Shown here one piece after another: positions 9,271 through 19,653 of a stretch of 64,000 bases of DNA (positions are counted from its first letter, which is position 1; each line of letters starts with the position of its first letter). This DNA is from a virus. Lineage: Duplodnaviria; Caudoviricetes. Below the pieces are notes generated by a model. That model saw nothing but the letters and a program-made list of their open reading frames with translations. It was not told the origin of the DNA and ran no database searches. A program made the position numbers and the translations under genes. Where the stretch lies: positions 160,001-224,000 of the IMG/VR virus record IMGVR_UViG_3300046786_000304; one strand, 5' to 3'.

Positions 9271-10719
9271 ATGAATTGTACAATACAAATACGTGACGAA
9301 GTAAATATTAAAGTAGCAGGATTAGAAGTTAGTACAAGGCGCAAACTAGAAAAGCAATTTAAGTATTTCCAGCCATGGGCTTATCATAGCCCCGCTTATA
9401 AATTAGGCCGCTGGGATGGATGTGTTAGCTTTTTTAGTCTAGGTGGCGCAAGTTATTTTAACTTACTAGATCAAATCCTTCCTGTTATTGTTGATGAAGG
9501 TTATGCCATTGAAATAGATGATCAAAGATCTATACATAGTTTTAACTTTCCACAGGCAACAGAAGATACACATGGCCAAGTTATCTGGCCAGTAGGACAT
9601 CCTAAAGCAGGAGAACCGGTGACACTGAGAGATTATCAAGTCAGTGCTATTAACCAGTTTTTAGAAAACCCACAATGTATCCAAGAGATTGCCACAGGCG
9701 CAGGCAAAACTGTGCTTACTGCTACATTAAGTAAAGCAGTGGAACCTTATGGTAGAACATTGGTTATTGTTCCTAACAAAGACTTGGTTAAACAAACAGC
9801 AGAAGATTATGTCTTGCTAGGACTTGATACAGGTGTATACTTTGGAGATAAAAAAGAAATAGGCAAGACGCATACTATCTGTACTTGGCAAAGCCTTAAC
9901 AGTATGCAAAAGCGTTTCAAGGATGGAGAAAGTCCCGTTAGCTTAGAAGACTTCGCACAAGATGTAGTGGGTATTATCATCGACGAAGTTCACCAAGCCA
10001 AAGCAGATGTACTCAAACAATTACTTACAGGTCCATTTGCTCATGTTCCTATTCGTTGGGGATTAACAGGAACGATACCTAAAGAAGATTCGGACAAAGT
10101 GACCTTATTATCTTGTATAGGTCCAGTCATAAATAAGATTGCAGCCAAAGATCTGCAGGATTTAGGTGTGTTAGCCAACTGCCAAGTAAACATTATGCAG
10201 TTCCAAGATACCGTAGAGTATAAGAATTATCAAGAAGAGCTAACATACTTAACAACTAATAAAAATAGAATGGATACTGTCGCTAAGTTCATCGGGAATC
10301 TCAGCGAAACAGGCAATACACTTGTTCTAGTAGATAGAGTGAAGTGTGGAGAAATGCTAGTAGAGCGACTACCTGATAGTAGTTTTGTCAGTGGCGCGAT
10401 GAAAACTAATGACAGGAAAGAACAGTATGACGAAGTTAAAACAGCAACTAATAAAATCATTGTGGCTACTTATGGTGTGGCTGCTGTTGGTATTAATATA
10501 CCCCGTATTTTTAATCTTGTTCTTATTGAACCCGGTAAGAGCTTTGTTAGAGTTATCCAAAGTATCGGACGAGGTATTAGAAAAGCTGAAGACAAAGATC
10601 ACGTAGAGATCTGGGATATCACAAGTAGCGCAAAGTTTAGTAAACGACATCTTACTACACGAAAGAAATATTATGAGGAAGCGGGTTATCCTTATCAAGT
10701 ACAAAAGGTAAAATATTAA
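9271..10719 (+). CDS. uvsW: SF2 helicase, T4 UvsW-like
   Basis: LRDYQ Q-motif, ATGAGKT, DEVH, GLTGT, QSIGRGIR. Confidence 0.88.
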   Translation: MNCTIQIRDEVNIKVAGLEVSTRRKLEKQFKYFQPWAYHSPAYKLGRWDGCVSFFSLGGASYFNLLDQILPVIVDEGYAIEIDDQRSIHSFNFPQATEDTHGQVIWPVGHPKAGEPVTLRDYQVSAINQFLENPQCIQEIATGAGKTVLTATLSKAVEPYGRTLVIVPNKDLVKQTAEDYVLLGLDTGVYFGDKKEIGKTHTICTWQSLNSMQKRFKDGESPVSLEDFAQDVVGIIIDEVHQAKADVLKQLLTGPFAHVPIRWGLTGTIPKEDSDKVTLLSCIGPVINKIAAKDLQDLGVLANCQVNIMQFQDTVEYKNYQEELTYLTTNKNRMDTVAKFIGNLSETGNTLVLVDRVKCGEMLVERLPDSSFVSGAMKTNDRKEQYDEVKTATNKIIVATYGVAAVGINIPRIFNLVLIEPGKSFVRVIQSIGRGIRKAEDKDHVEIWDITSSAKFSKRHLTTRKKYYEEAGYPYQVQKVKY

Positions 10720-11219
10720 TGAACATACTAACAGTAGACAACAAAGCATTTGAGCTGAATCAATTACCAGAGGAGGTAGATGATCTGCGATATGCAGTAC
10801 TAGATTGGAACGATCCGAAAAATGTTGATTATCATTTTGTCCCGCTAATCTTTATGGAAACATTTCATGCTCCGGCCGCAGTATTGAAAATAGGTGAACA
10901 TGTTATTCAAGTTCCACTTGATTGGTATATTGTTATCGGTGAAAAAGATCACGGAGACCCTGAGATTGTTCCTATTATGAATATCAATGACCGAGGCTTT
11001 AGTGCGTTTACATTTAATCCTATCAGCAGTTTTAGATTAGACTTTAAACCACTGGAGATTATCAACGTGTTCCAAGATATTCGTTGGTATACTCCTAAAC
11101 TCAAACACGGACATATTCTAGCAGTTCCATTGGATAACAGCGAAAAACCACAATGTGCTTATTTTGTCAAAGAAACAAATAAACTTCCGGAAGTATTGTC
11201 CATTGAAAAGATGTATTAA
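10719..11219 (+). CDS. Conserved phage hypothetical protein
   Basis: TAATG-coupled to the helicase. Confidence 0.75.
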   Translation: MNILTVDNKAFELNQLPEEVDDLRYAVLDWNDPKNVDYHFVPLIFMETFHAPAAVLKIGEHVIQVPLDWYIVIGEKDHGDPEIVPIMNINDRGFSAFTFNPISSFRLDFKPLEIINVFQDIRWYTPKLKHGHILAVPLDNSEKPQCAYFVKETNKLPEVLSIEKMY

Positions 11220-11236
11220 AGACTGTATAATATACT

Positions 11237-11725
11237 ATGGCAACTAAAGCACCAATGTTAGATATGTTCAAGAAAGTACTGCCTGCGGCAGATACTAGGA
11301 ACAAAGATTTTTATGAACGACTCAGTGATGAGGAAAAGAAAGGATTTAGTCCTTGGCTTATCCAACGTTATTTGAGTAGTGCAGAAAGTCCTACTGCGGA
11401 AATGATCGAACACTATCTTATTATGACCAATGATTTGGTTAATACAGATTATAGTACAATTAAAGATCATCCTGAGCTAATGTGGAAGTTGATGAGCATT
11501 GTCGGTGTAGGCAAGTCAATGAAGCATCCATATGTTGCTCCGGGCAAGGGCAAAAAGAAAAAAGGTAATGCGTTTAAGTTGTGGCTACATGAACAGTATC
11601 CTCATTTAAATGAACAAGAAGTAGAAGTATGGTTCGGTATGTTTACTAAAGAACAAGCCCGAGACATGTTGGAACAGTATCAAGTTAAAGACAAAGATGT
11701 TATCTCTGGTGCAAATGACTTATAA
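11237..11725 (+). CDS. Putative clamp-loader small subunit (T4 gp62-like)
   Basis: KKGFSPWLIQRYLSS motif and position in the replication block. Confidence 0.55.
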   Translation: MATKAPMLDMFKKVLPAADTRNKDFYERLSDEEKKGFSPWLIQRYLSSAESPTAEMIEHYLIMTNDLVNTDYSTIKDHPELMWKLMSIVGVGKSMKHPYVAPGKGKKKKGNAFKLWLHEQYPHLNEQEVEVWFGMFTKEQARDMLEQYQVKDKDVISGANDL

Positions 11726-12395
11726 GTGTAGGTATTGTAATAAAGACTTTGTCAAAGAATCCACGTTAATCTCGCACATGTGTGAGAAAAAGCGCAGGAT
11801 GAATGCCAAAGATGAAAAACAAAATCGCATAGCTTATCAAAGTTGGTTAATCTATAGAAAAACTATGATTGCCAACGTTAAGAATGACAAGCCCTATGAT
11901 GACTTTATCAATGATAGGTATTATTTAGACTTCATGAAGTTGTCTAAATACATTATTGATTTAAGCTTGGATAAACCAGAAGAGTTTGTTAAATTTATTT
12001 TAAAAAACTCTGTGAGAATTGATAATTGGTGTAAAGATTCTGTCTATGAAACTTATGTCAAAGATAGAACATTCAAAGAAACTGTAGAACGAGCTATTGA
12101 ACGAAGTTTGTTAAATATGAAAGTGTGGTCCGAAAAGACTGGCTTTAATTGGGAAGAATATTTTGTTAAAGTCAATCCAGCAGACGCAGTACAAGACATT
12201 AGAATGGGTCGTATTAGTCCGTGGTGTACTTTTTCCACTGACCAAGGCAGCAGGTTAATTGACAGGCTTGAACCGGGACAGCAACAAGTATTAATAGATT
12301 ACTTAGATCCTAAAAAATGGCGTGTTAAGTTAAAACGAGATCCAAAAGAACCTGAATGGGTACAAGAAATTTTTAATAAGGCGGGAATACTATGA
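11715..12395 (+). CDS. Hypothetical protein with N-terminal C2H/C zinc finger
   Basis: YKCRYCNKDF...LISHMC; ATG at 11715 preferred over the track start. Confidence 0.7.
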   Translation: MTYKCRYCNKDFVKESTLISHMCEKKRRMNAKDEKQNRIAYQSWLIYRKTMIANVKNDKPYDDFINDRYYLDFMKLSKYIIDLSLDKPEEFVKFILKNSVRIDNWCKDSVYETYVKDRTFKETVERAIERSLLNMKVWSEKTGFNWEEYFVKVNPADAVQDIRMGRISPWCTFSTDQGSRLIDRLEPGQQQVLIDYLDPKKWRVKLKRDPKEPEWVQEIFNKAGIL

Positions 12396-12640
12396 ATCAG
12401 TACAGTGAAAAAAGAAGAGTTCCTAGACTCTTACAAAGCCAGCAATCTACTAAGGCTAGTTTTCAAATGCTCAATGGCGTAGCAGAATTTACCATAGACG
12501 GTGAACGTGTAAGTATGCCCACAGCAGAAGCGTTCCAACGTTTATTAAAAAAAGTTGCCGTACTTGAACAGAGACTAGCAGTCACTGATAACAAAGCCGC
12601 TACTGCATCTAGAGTGGCAAGGGCTAAGAATGACAGATAA
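12392..12640 (+). CDS. Hypothetical protein with coiled coil
   Basis: ATGA-coupled ORF. Confidence 0.7.
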   Translation: MNQYSEKRRVPRLLQSQQSTKASFQMLNGVAEFTIDGERVSMPTAEAFQRLLKKVAVLEQRLAVTDNKAATASRVARAKNDR

Positions 12641-12857
12641 AGATACTCAGGTCGTTGAAGTTTATAGAGAAACTTTAAACTTGATTGACAAACTAGTTGC
12701 TGATCATGACCCACTTGTAATAGCAGGAGTAATGATGGCACAGTCTCTTAGTTTATATAGAAGTACTCTAAGTGAAGATGACTATTCAAGTGTAGTAACA
12801 TCTATCTTAGAAAAGAAAGATAAAATTTATACATTTAACTCGGGGAATTTACATTGA
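12630..12857 (+). CDS. Hypothetical protein
   Basis: Overlapping coupled ORF. Confidence 0.65.
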   Translation: MTDKDTQVVEVYRETLNLIDKLVADHDPLVIAGVMMAQSLSLYRSTLSEDDYSSVVTSILEKKDKIYTFNSGNLH

Positions 12858-13417
12858 GCTTTGACGTAGACATTGACTTTGCAGATAGAGAGCAAGTATT
12901 AAAATTACTTGACCATACTCCTGCGATGATTAAAGATGGCACAAAAGAAAAGAAACATAACACAGGTGTTTACTTTCATAATGCGCCAGTAAATCCATTC
13001 ACAGGATTATCTACAGTAGATTATAAAAGTGCTGAAGACTTGGGTTGGTTTAAAATTGACTTGCTGAATGTTGGTATCTACAATGATTTCGACAGTAATG
13101 AACAAATAGATGATTTATTGTCCAAGGAACCAATGTGGGAGTTGCTAGAACATAAAGAAGTTATACAGCAATTATTCCATATACATAATCACAGCGACAC
13201 CGTTATTAGAATGAAGCCAAGAAGCATTGAACAACTTGCCATGGTGTTGGCAGTTATCCGTCCAGGTAAGAAGCATTTAATAGGTAGAAGTTGGAATGAG
13301 ATTGAGCAAGAAGTATGGACTAAAACTGAGGATGTTTACAGTTTCAAAAAGAGTCATGCTATTGGTTATGCGGCAGCTATTGTGTTACAGCTTAATCAAA
13401 TGAGTTATAGTTTTTGA
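12854..13417 (+). CDS. dnaE: Compact DNA polymerase III alpha (DnaE)-like protein, 187 aa
   Basis: FDVDIDF, KHNTGVYF, FKIDLLNV, AVIRPG, YSFKKSHAIGYA match DnaE palm/finger motifs in order; TTG start overlaps upstream TGA. Confidence 0.8.
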   Translation: MSFDVDIDFADREQVLKLLDHTPAMIKDGTKEKKHNTGVYFHNAPVNPFTGLSTVDYKSAEDLGWFKIDLLNVGIYNDFDSNEQIDDLLSKEPMWELLEHKEVIQQLFHIHNHSDTVIRMKPRSIEQLAMVLAVIRPGKKHLIGRSWNEIEQEVWTKTEDVYSFKKSHAIGYAAAIVLQLNQMSYSF

Positions 13418-13773
13418 ACTAATTGTATCTGACGACGTTTAATACGTTTTGTGATGATGTTTTGAAGACTAACAGCTTCGCCGTGTAATATATCAAAGTC
13501 CTTGACATTATAGGTGCGTAAACTATAGCTAAACTTTTTAAATTTAGGCCCTATAACTAAGTTTATGGGCAGACTGCGATTACTTTGCCACCACCATTCT
13601 TCTCCTAATTCTAAGAACTCTGCTTTATCTTCGGTACAAGTAAGCACATTATAAACATAAATGCTGGCCAGAGTACTGGTATAATTTTGAATAATCCCTA
13701 GAATCTCTTCTTCGCCGCAACGGCACAAGCTTAAGAAGGGAAACTTATCTAATATTTCTTTATGATCTGCCAT
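13405..13773 (-). CDS. Conserved phage hypothetical protein
   Basis: 122 aa ORF preceded by CTAAATA late-like motif. Confidence 0.75.
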   Translation of the reverse strand: MADHKEILDKFPFLSLCRCGEEEILGIIQNYTSTLASIYVYNVLTCTEDKAEFLELGEEWWWQSNRSLPINLVIGPKFKKFSYSLRTYNVKDFDILHGEAVSLQNIITKRIKRRQIQLVQKL

Positions 13774-13825
13774 CGGTAATATTTAGCACCGAATTCATTT
13801 CAATTAAAATTAAATAAATATAACT

Positions 13826-14608
13826 ATGAGCGATACATTTACATTATTGAGCTACCCGCAACGCAGTATATTAATATATGCAGAAGGATATAGCAGGACA
13901 CAAAACATGCCATTTAATACCACACGAAAAACCATCTACAAGGGAGTGGATAGCACCCTGGGATTTGATGTTAAAAACCAAGACCGCAAACCAGTTAATT
14001 TGCTAGGCAAAGATATCATGGTCAATATCATGCAAGTTAGAACGGGAGAACTTGTGGTACAGCGCAGAGCAGTGGCAGTAGAACCAGAATCCGGATTTTG
14101 TGAATTTACCGTATTCAGCAGTGACCTTGTTGATTTAGATCCAGGTATATATCAACTAAGTGCTGTGGTTTATGAAGCAGATGGTCGTGCTAAAAGTCTA
14201 TACACAGACCACAATCGCAGAGTTACATTAGAGCTAGAATTAAGTGATGGCGCATATCCAAAGTATCTACCAAGCACAGGTTTGACTTTCACTCAAATGG
14301 GCAGTAGTTGGATCAGCCAACCTATTCCCAGTAACTTACAAAAGAACGATAGTAGTACATTACACACAATTCAAATCGGAGTTACCAATTACACAGGTAC
14401 CATCGAAGCATTGGTTAGTTTAGAATACGACAGCGATGGAAATTATTTCCCAGTTAAGTTTGTCAATGATAAATTTAAAATTGAATTTAATGGAACAACT
14501 GATATACAGGGTTGGAACTTTATAGCAGATGCTCGTTGGGTAAAGATATTATATACTCCTTCGGATACGAATGCAGGAACAGTTGACAAAGTCTTATATA
14601 GAAGTTAA
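13826..14608 (+). CDS. Putative virion structural protein (BppU-like N-terminal domain)
   Basis: IYKGVDSTLGFDVKNQDRKPVNL; beta-rich; ATAAATA upstream. Confidence 0.6.
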   Translation: MSDTFTLLSYPQRSILIYAEGYSRTQNMPFNTTRKTIYKGVDSTLGFDVKNQDRKPVNLLGKDIMVNIMQVRTGELVVQRRAVAVEPESGFCEFTVFSSDLVDLDPGIYQLSAVVYEADGRAKSLYTDHNRRVTLELELSDGAYPKYLPSTGLTFTQMGSSWISQPIPSNLQKNDSSTLHTIQIGVTNYTGTIEALVSLEYDSDGNYFPVKFVNDKFKIEFNGTTDIQGWNFIADARWVKILYTPSDTNAGTVDKVLYRS

Positions 14609-14620
14609 AATACTAAGGTC

Positions 14621-15592
14621 ATGATGGCCTTACAAACATTACTTAGAAGCAAAATACACGGACATGCTAGCCCTAAAGGCTGGACAAGTTTTAATTGTCC
14701 CATGTGTGTTGTCAATGGACAAGGCCGAGCAGATACAAAGCGCAGAGGCGGGATATTGTTTAGTCCCGACGGTAGTGTAGCTTACCAATGTTTTAATTGC
14801 CAATATAAAACAGGCTGGAGTCCTGGTTGGACCTTGGGTTTCAAGATGCGTAAGCTATTACGCCAACTAGGATTCGATGAAGCCGAAGTTCAACGTTTAA
14901 CATTAGAATTACTAAGCCAAGCAGACGCAGAGCTACTAGTTAAAAAAGAAGCAGAACCAGTATGGACTCCGGACTGGCCAGAGTTTAACTTCGAGTTCGA
15001 AGTTAAAGAATTAGAAGACCCTGCAAAGATAGCATACTTACAAGATAGACAAATATATGATTTAGCTACTTGGTTAGAAACAAATGACGGCTATGCCGGA
15101 TTAAACAATAGAGTTATATTGCCTTTCACTTATCAAAATAAGATTGTAGGTTTTCAAAGTAGATATGTAGGCCAAGTACCTCCTAAGCTAGCCAAGTATT
15201 TTAAGAAGAGTCCCGCAAACTATGTATACGGATTAGATAATCAACGAGATAAAAGAGAATACGTCATTGTCACAGAAGGTGAGTTTGATGCGCTACTAAC
15301 CAGTGGAGTTGCTTTGGGTAGTAACAATCTCAGTGAACGTCAAGCACAACTGATAGAAGACTTAAATATAGAACCGATACTACTACCCGACGCTGACAAG
15401 CCGGGTGGAGAACTAGTAGAGCGTGCCGCAGACTATGGATGGAGCGTTAGTTTTCCTGAATGGGAAGATTGTAAAGACGTTGGAGACGCAGTAATGAAAT
15501 ATGGCAGACTATTTGCAGTATACAGCATACTACAAGCCGCAGAACATAGTCCAACAAAAATTAGATTAATGGGAAAGAGATATTGCAGATGA
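14621..15592 (+). CDS. DNA primase (Zn ribbon + TOPRIM)
   Basis: CPMC...CFNC; VTEGEFDA; LPDAD. Confidence 0.88.
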   Translation: MMALQTLLRSKIHGHASPKGWTSFNCPMCVVNGQGRADTKRRGGILFSPDGSVAYQCFNCQYKTGWSPGWTLGFKMRKLLRQLGFDEAEVQRLTLELLSQADAELLVKKEAEPVWTPDWPEFNFEFEVKELEDPAKIAYLQDRQIYDLATWLETNDGYAGLNNRVILPFTYQNKIVGFQSRYVGQVPPKLAKYFKKSPANYVYGLDNQRDKREYVIVTEGEFDALLTSGVALGSNNLSERQAQLIEDLNIEPILLPDADKPGGELVERAADYGWSVSFPEWEDCKDVGDAVMKYGRLFAVYSILQAAEHSPTKIRLMGKRYCR

Positions 15593-17052
15593 AAGATGAA
15601 ATTAAAACATACAGTACAAAAGAACAAAAATTATATTTAGAAATTTTAATTGCTGATCCAGAATTGGCAGCAAGGTCTAGAAATATTTTAGATCCCGAAT
15701 ACTTTGACAGGAACATGCGGCAAGCGGCAGAGTTCATTAAAGATTACTTAGACAAATATGACAATGTTCCTACGACTACGCAAATTGAAGCAACAACTGG
15801 TATAAGTCTAGAAGCATTTAGCACAGACGCAGTACAGCCACAAAAAGAATGGTTCTTGGACGAGTTTGAACAGTTTGCTAGACACAAGGCATTGGATCGT
15901 GCTATTCTAAAAAGTGTTGACTTGCTGGACAAGAAAAGATATGGCGAAGTTGAACGACTTATTAAAGAAGCAAGTACAGTAGGATTGCCCAAGACCTTTG
16001 GTACAGATTATTTTGCAGATCCTAGGGGTCGACTCGAAGCATTGAAAAGTGCTAATGGACAAGTTAGTACAGGATGGAAAAGTATTGATAACAAACTGTA
16101 TGGCGGATTTAACAGAGGCGAACTTAATATTTTTGCGGCACCCAGTGGCGGCGGTAAAAGTTTGTTTTTACAAAACCTTGCTATACATTGGGCGCAACAA
16201 GGACTAAATGGCGTTTATTTTAGTTTGGAACTGGCAGAAGGTCTATGTAGTAAACGAATTGACAGTATGATAACCGGAGTCCCATCCACAGACATTTATA
16301 AAAATCTAGACGACGTCGATTTGAAAGTTAGGATGATAGGAAAGAAATCCGGACGACTACAAATTGTTCAACTAACATCTGGTATAACTGTAAATGATTT
16401 AAAATCTTGGATCAAAGAGTTTCAGATATTCTCTGGAGCAAAAGTAGACTATGTAATTGTTGACTATTTAGACTTGATGCATCCTGTTAGTGTTAAAGTC
16501 AGTGCTGAGAATTTGTTTATTAAAGACAAATATGTGTCAGAAGAACTACGGGCTTTGGCCACACAAGGGCAGTATCTGTTTGCCACAGCCAGTCAGTTGA
16601 ATCGCGGCGCTGTAGAAAGTGTTGAATTTGATCATAGTCATATTAGTGGCGGCTTATCTAAGATTCAAACAGCTGACAATGTTATTGGTATCTTTAACAG
16701 TAATACTATGCGTGAACGTGGTAGAGTTCAAGTTCAATTTATGAAAACTCGTAGTAGTAGTGCTGTAGGTTCAAAAGTTGAATTAGAGTTTAATACAAGT
16801 ACTTTACATATTACAGACTTAGATGAAGACAGCGCAGATGCTCCTACTACAATAGATGTAATACACGACAAACTAAAACGTCAAAGTCAAGTAGAAGGAA
16901 CAAGTAATACAACACCCAGTGTCGGTTGGGAAAGAGCTACACCCAAAGAAGGTTTTAGTTTAGAGACACCTCAAAAACAACAAGAGCCCAAAATCCCAAT
17001 TAGGACCATGGACTCTAGTAATAAGTTAGCTAATATTCTTAAAAAGGTTTAA
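15583..17052 (+). CDS. Replicative helicase, gp41/DnaB family
   Basis: AAPSGGGKS, FSLEL, IVDYLDLM, TASQLNR, KTR. Confidence 0.9.
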   Translation: MQMKDEIKTYSTKEQKLYLEILIADPELAARSRNILDPEYFDRNMRQAAEFIKDYLDKYDNVPTTTQIEATTGISLEAFSTDAVQPQKEWFLDEFEQFARHKALDRAILKSVDLLDKKRYGEVERLIKEASTVGLPKTFGTDYFADPRGRLEALKSANGQVSTGWKSIDNKLYGGFNRGELNIFAAPSGGGKSLFLQNLAIHWAQQGLNGVYFSLELAEGLCSKRIDSMITGVPSTDIYKNLDDVDLKVRMIGKKSGRLQIVQLTSGITVNDLKSWIKEFQIFSGAKVDYVIVDYLDLMHPVSVKVSAENLFIKDKYVSEELRALATQGQYLFATASQLNRGAVESVEFDHSHISGGLSKIQTADNVIGIFNSNTMRERGRVQVQFMKTRSSSAVGSKVELEFNTSTLHITDLDEDSADAPTTIDVIHDKLKRQSQVEGTSNTTPSVGWERATPKEGFSLETPQKQQEPKIPIRTMDSSNKLANILKKV

Positions 17053-17579
17053 GCTGTTTTAATGTCACGCATACCTTGTACAGGTGTTGCGGTATCAGGG
17101 GCTCCTATTTCAGGAGCCTTTGTTGTTTGTTGAGCAGAGCCACTGGCTCCGCCTTCTTTATCTTGACTTGCCCATGGCCATTGATTTTGTCCTTGATCTT
17201 GCATATCTTTGTTTAAATCGGATTTCAATCTTTGGAATAAACTATTATCCTCGGCCACATAACTTAGCACAGTTTCTAACAAGTCCATTAACGCAGACAT
17301 TTGTTTTAGGTTAGGCCGGTGATTCATATACATAGCACGAACGCCAGTTCTTAAATCGTTGTAATGATCTTCGCCTACAGCATCCTTGATAGCGGCCAAA
17401 CGCATCATAGTACGTGAAAAGCTATTTTGGTCGATTTCTTTACCGCTGGTATCCATTTCTGGATCATGTCGTGCGGTTTTAGCCTGCGCTTGTACAGCGT
17501 CTGTTTCAGTGTCTTCGGCAATAGCTCTTAGCTTGTTCAATACTGAACCCATGTCAAAATTAGTGTTTGAAAACGTCAT
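17049..17579 (-). CDS. Hypothetical protein
   Basis: 176 aa ORF with GAGGG RBS and GATAAATA upstream. Confidence 0.7.
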   Translation of the reverse strand: MTFSNTNFDMGSVLNKLRAIAEDTETDAVQAQAKTARHDPEMDTSGKEIDQNSFSRTMMRLAAIKDAVGEDHYNDLRTGVRAMYMNHRPNLKQMSALMDLLETVLSYVAEDNSLFQRLKSDLNKDMQDQGQNQWPWASQDKEGGASGSAQQTTKAPEIGAPDTATPVQGMRDIKTA

Positions 17580-17598
17580 ATTAATTCCCTCTTAAGAT

Positions 17599-17617
17599 TA
17601 TTTATCTTAGATAAATA
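17599..17617. promoter_or_regulatory. Back-to-back divergent late-type promoters
   Basis: TATTTATC-TTA-GATAAATA: GATAAATA on each strand, between divergent genes. Confidence 0.65.
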
Positions 17618-17635
17618 TTTGATAAGGAATTAATT

Positions 17636-17896
17636 GTGCGAAAGCAAACTAAATCAATATTAGAAGAAATCACAAATATCGTGCCACAGCGTGATAAAGA
17701 AAGCTTTGTAGAAAACAAGGCTATTAATGTTATTGCTAGCACCAAGTATCTTGTCGAGTATATACAAGAGAATTTCAATCAAGACCAAAGCGACGACCTT
17801 TTAAAACGGTTATTCAACAGCCTAAAAACAGGCGATGAATCTAAATTTCGCAGAGGCATTAAACAGATAAAAGAATCAAAACATGGAACAATTTGA
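17636..17896 (+). CDS. Hypothetical protein
   Basis: GTG start with AAGGA RBS. Confidence 0.75.
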   Translation: MRKQTKSILEEITNIVPQRDKESFVENKAINVIASTKYLVEYIQENFNQDQSDDLLKRLFNSLKTGDESKFRRGIKQIKESKHGTI

Positions 17897-18671
17897 AGAT
17901 TTACAAGCATGGGATTTAATGGTAGAAAGCCGCCAATACAGAGCTTCAGGTGCCCGTGGCTTGAATCTTAGAAATGTTGCTGATTTCGCATTTTTAGATT
18001 TATTAACATTATTCATATTACACAGCGAATACGAAACAGCTCCAATTGCAGCCAAATACGCAGACTCTACTATGAGTTATAGAAATTTTGCCAAAGCAAG
18101 ATTGAGTGGTACAGACTTATATGTTAGTATGAACATATTAAGCGATCCTACCAGCGTATTCAGTCATAAAATAGCACAGAACGCAGAAGCTGATGCTTTA
18201 TTAAGAGGCAAGTTAAAATTAAATCTTCCTACTGTAAAACGTTATTTAGATATATTGGCAGATGGGTCAATAACAAAAGATGATGCTGCAACATTATTTC
18301 TACGTTTAGAAAAACAGTTAAACATTACAGACAGCAAATTAAGAAGTCTACGCAGACTAGTCCAGGATTGGCCTGTACTTAATACCATGCAACGTGAACT
18401 AGCCGCAACTAAGATGCTACAATATTATAAAAAGTTTGCCAAGCGCAGTGAAATGTCAGTATTTTTAAGTGACTTAGCCAAGGGCAAAGGCTATGAAATG
18501 CGTGGCGGTATTGATGCTGAATTATCTAATTTAGGCTATACTGGACATAGTCATGATCATCGTGACCACCATGGCAAGCAAGATAAACACGATCATTCCT
18601 GGTCAAAAATAGCCAGTGATTTAATGCCAGCCGCGGGATTTTATGCGGGATACAAGCTAGGTAAACGCTAA
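17883..18671 (+). CDS. Hypothetical (putative virion) protein with His-rich C-terminal segment
   Basis: 262 aa ORF; GHSHDHRDHHGKQDKHDHS. Confidence 0.75.
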   Translation: MEQFEDLQAWDLMVESRQYRASGARGLNLRNVADFAFLDLLTLFILHSEYETAPIAAKYADSTMSYRNFAKARLSGTDLYVSMNILSDPTSVFSHKIAQNAEADALLRGKLKLNLPTVKRYLDILADGSITKDDAATLFLRLEKQLNITDSKLRSLRRLVQDWPVLNTMQRELAATKMLQYYKKFAKRSEMSVFLSDLAKGKGYEMRGGIDAELSNLGYTGHSHDHRDHHGKQDKHDHSWSKIASDLMPAAGFYAGYKLGKR

Positions 18672-18727
18672 AAGAAGATAAATAAATACAAGAAACTTAA
18701 TGTTTCGAACGATCAAAGGAGTCTATT

Positions 18728-19105
18728 ATGACAGCAAGAGTAAACGGTTCAGTTGGTACTACAGACGGTGGTATCTATAATCCAGGTCAGAGCTTGGCAT
18801 TTTTCAAGATCACAGTAAAAGATGGTTCTGCCGCCGCTGTTGATCTACGTAGCAGTGACGGTACAGGTCAAGCGTTAGAAGCTATCTTCTTTGCTTTCCC
18901 AACAGGTATCATTGCTTATGACAGCGCAAACGCTAACACAGGTGTTATCCACGTTATCGTTGACGGTCACGCTGCTCACACAGTTGCTAGCCTACAAGCC
19001 GCAATCCGCGCTTTAGGTACAAGCGTTGGTAGCGATGGCAAAGACGTTAGTGGTACAGTTGTTGAAGCTGGTGCTGGTTTCACAGTATCTGCTAGCGCAG
19101 TTTAA
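18728..19105 (+). CDS. Putative abundant virion structural protein
   Basis: Late motif, AAGGAG RBS, Ala/Gly/Thr-rich, strong codon bias (GCT/GGT/GTT), own terminator. Confidence 0.65.
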   Translation: MTARVNGSVGTTDGGIYNPGQSLAFFKITVKDGSAAAVDLRSSDGTGQALEAIFFAFPTGIIAYDSANANTGVIHVIVDGHAAHTVASLQAAIRALGTSVGSDGKDVSGTVVEAGAGFTVSASAV

Positions 19106-19128
19106 TCCTACAAGTTACGGGATGGGAA

Positions 19129-19160
19129 GCCGCAGTATCGCAAGATCTGCGGTTTTTCTT
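19129..19160 (+). terminator. Intrinsic terminator
   Basis: GCCGCAG-TATCGCAAGAT-CTGCGGT followed by a T run. Confidence 0.75.
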
Positions 19161-19209
19161 TGACTCGTACTTTTGTTTGATAAGGTAAATAGTTAAAAGG
19201 AAGTTTAAT

Positions 19210-19653
19210 ATGCAAGCAACAGCAAGAACAGGTGAATACATTGGCGGTAATATCGAGTACTTTACTTGTTATACCCTAGTGGATATTTCTGATACAGGTA
19301 CTTACGATCCAACAGCTGGCAGTCTTTACGAACAAGCACAAAATTTAAATGCTTTATTACAAGCTATCAGCTTAGGTAGTCAACCAATATTAACCAGCGT
19401 GGAAAAATTAACTGCGGCTGATATGGATGACTTTGAATTTGGTAGTGACTTTACGGGCACACATAATATGTGGGTATTGAGATTTGCCAGTGAAAGAGTT
19501 GGCAGTATCACAGTTAATACATTAGTTCGTGATGTGGACGGTTTACCTGTCTATGACGATTTAGATGAAACAGCTACATTTGATTCAAATGTATTTGAAA
19601 CCAACGACCCAACACAAACTAACATATATTTTGTTCGCAACGACAATCTGTGA
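19210..19653 (+). CDS. Putative virion protein
   Basis: Acidic 147 aa ORF, AAGGA RBS, GTAAATA upstream. Confidence 0.7.
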   Translation: MQATARTGEYIGGNIEYFTCYTLVDISDTGTYDPTAGSLYEQAQNLNALLQAISLGSQPILTSVEKLTAADMDDFEFGSDFTGTHNMWVLRFASERVGSITVNTLVRDVDGLPVYDDLDETATFDSNVFETNDPTQTNIYFVRNDNL

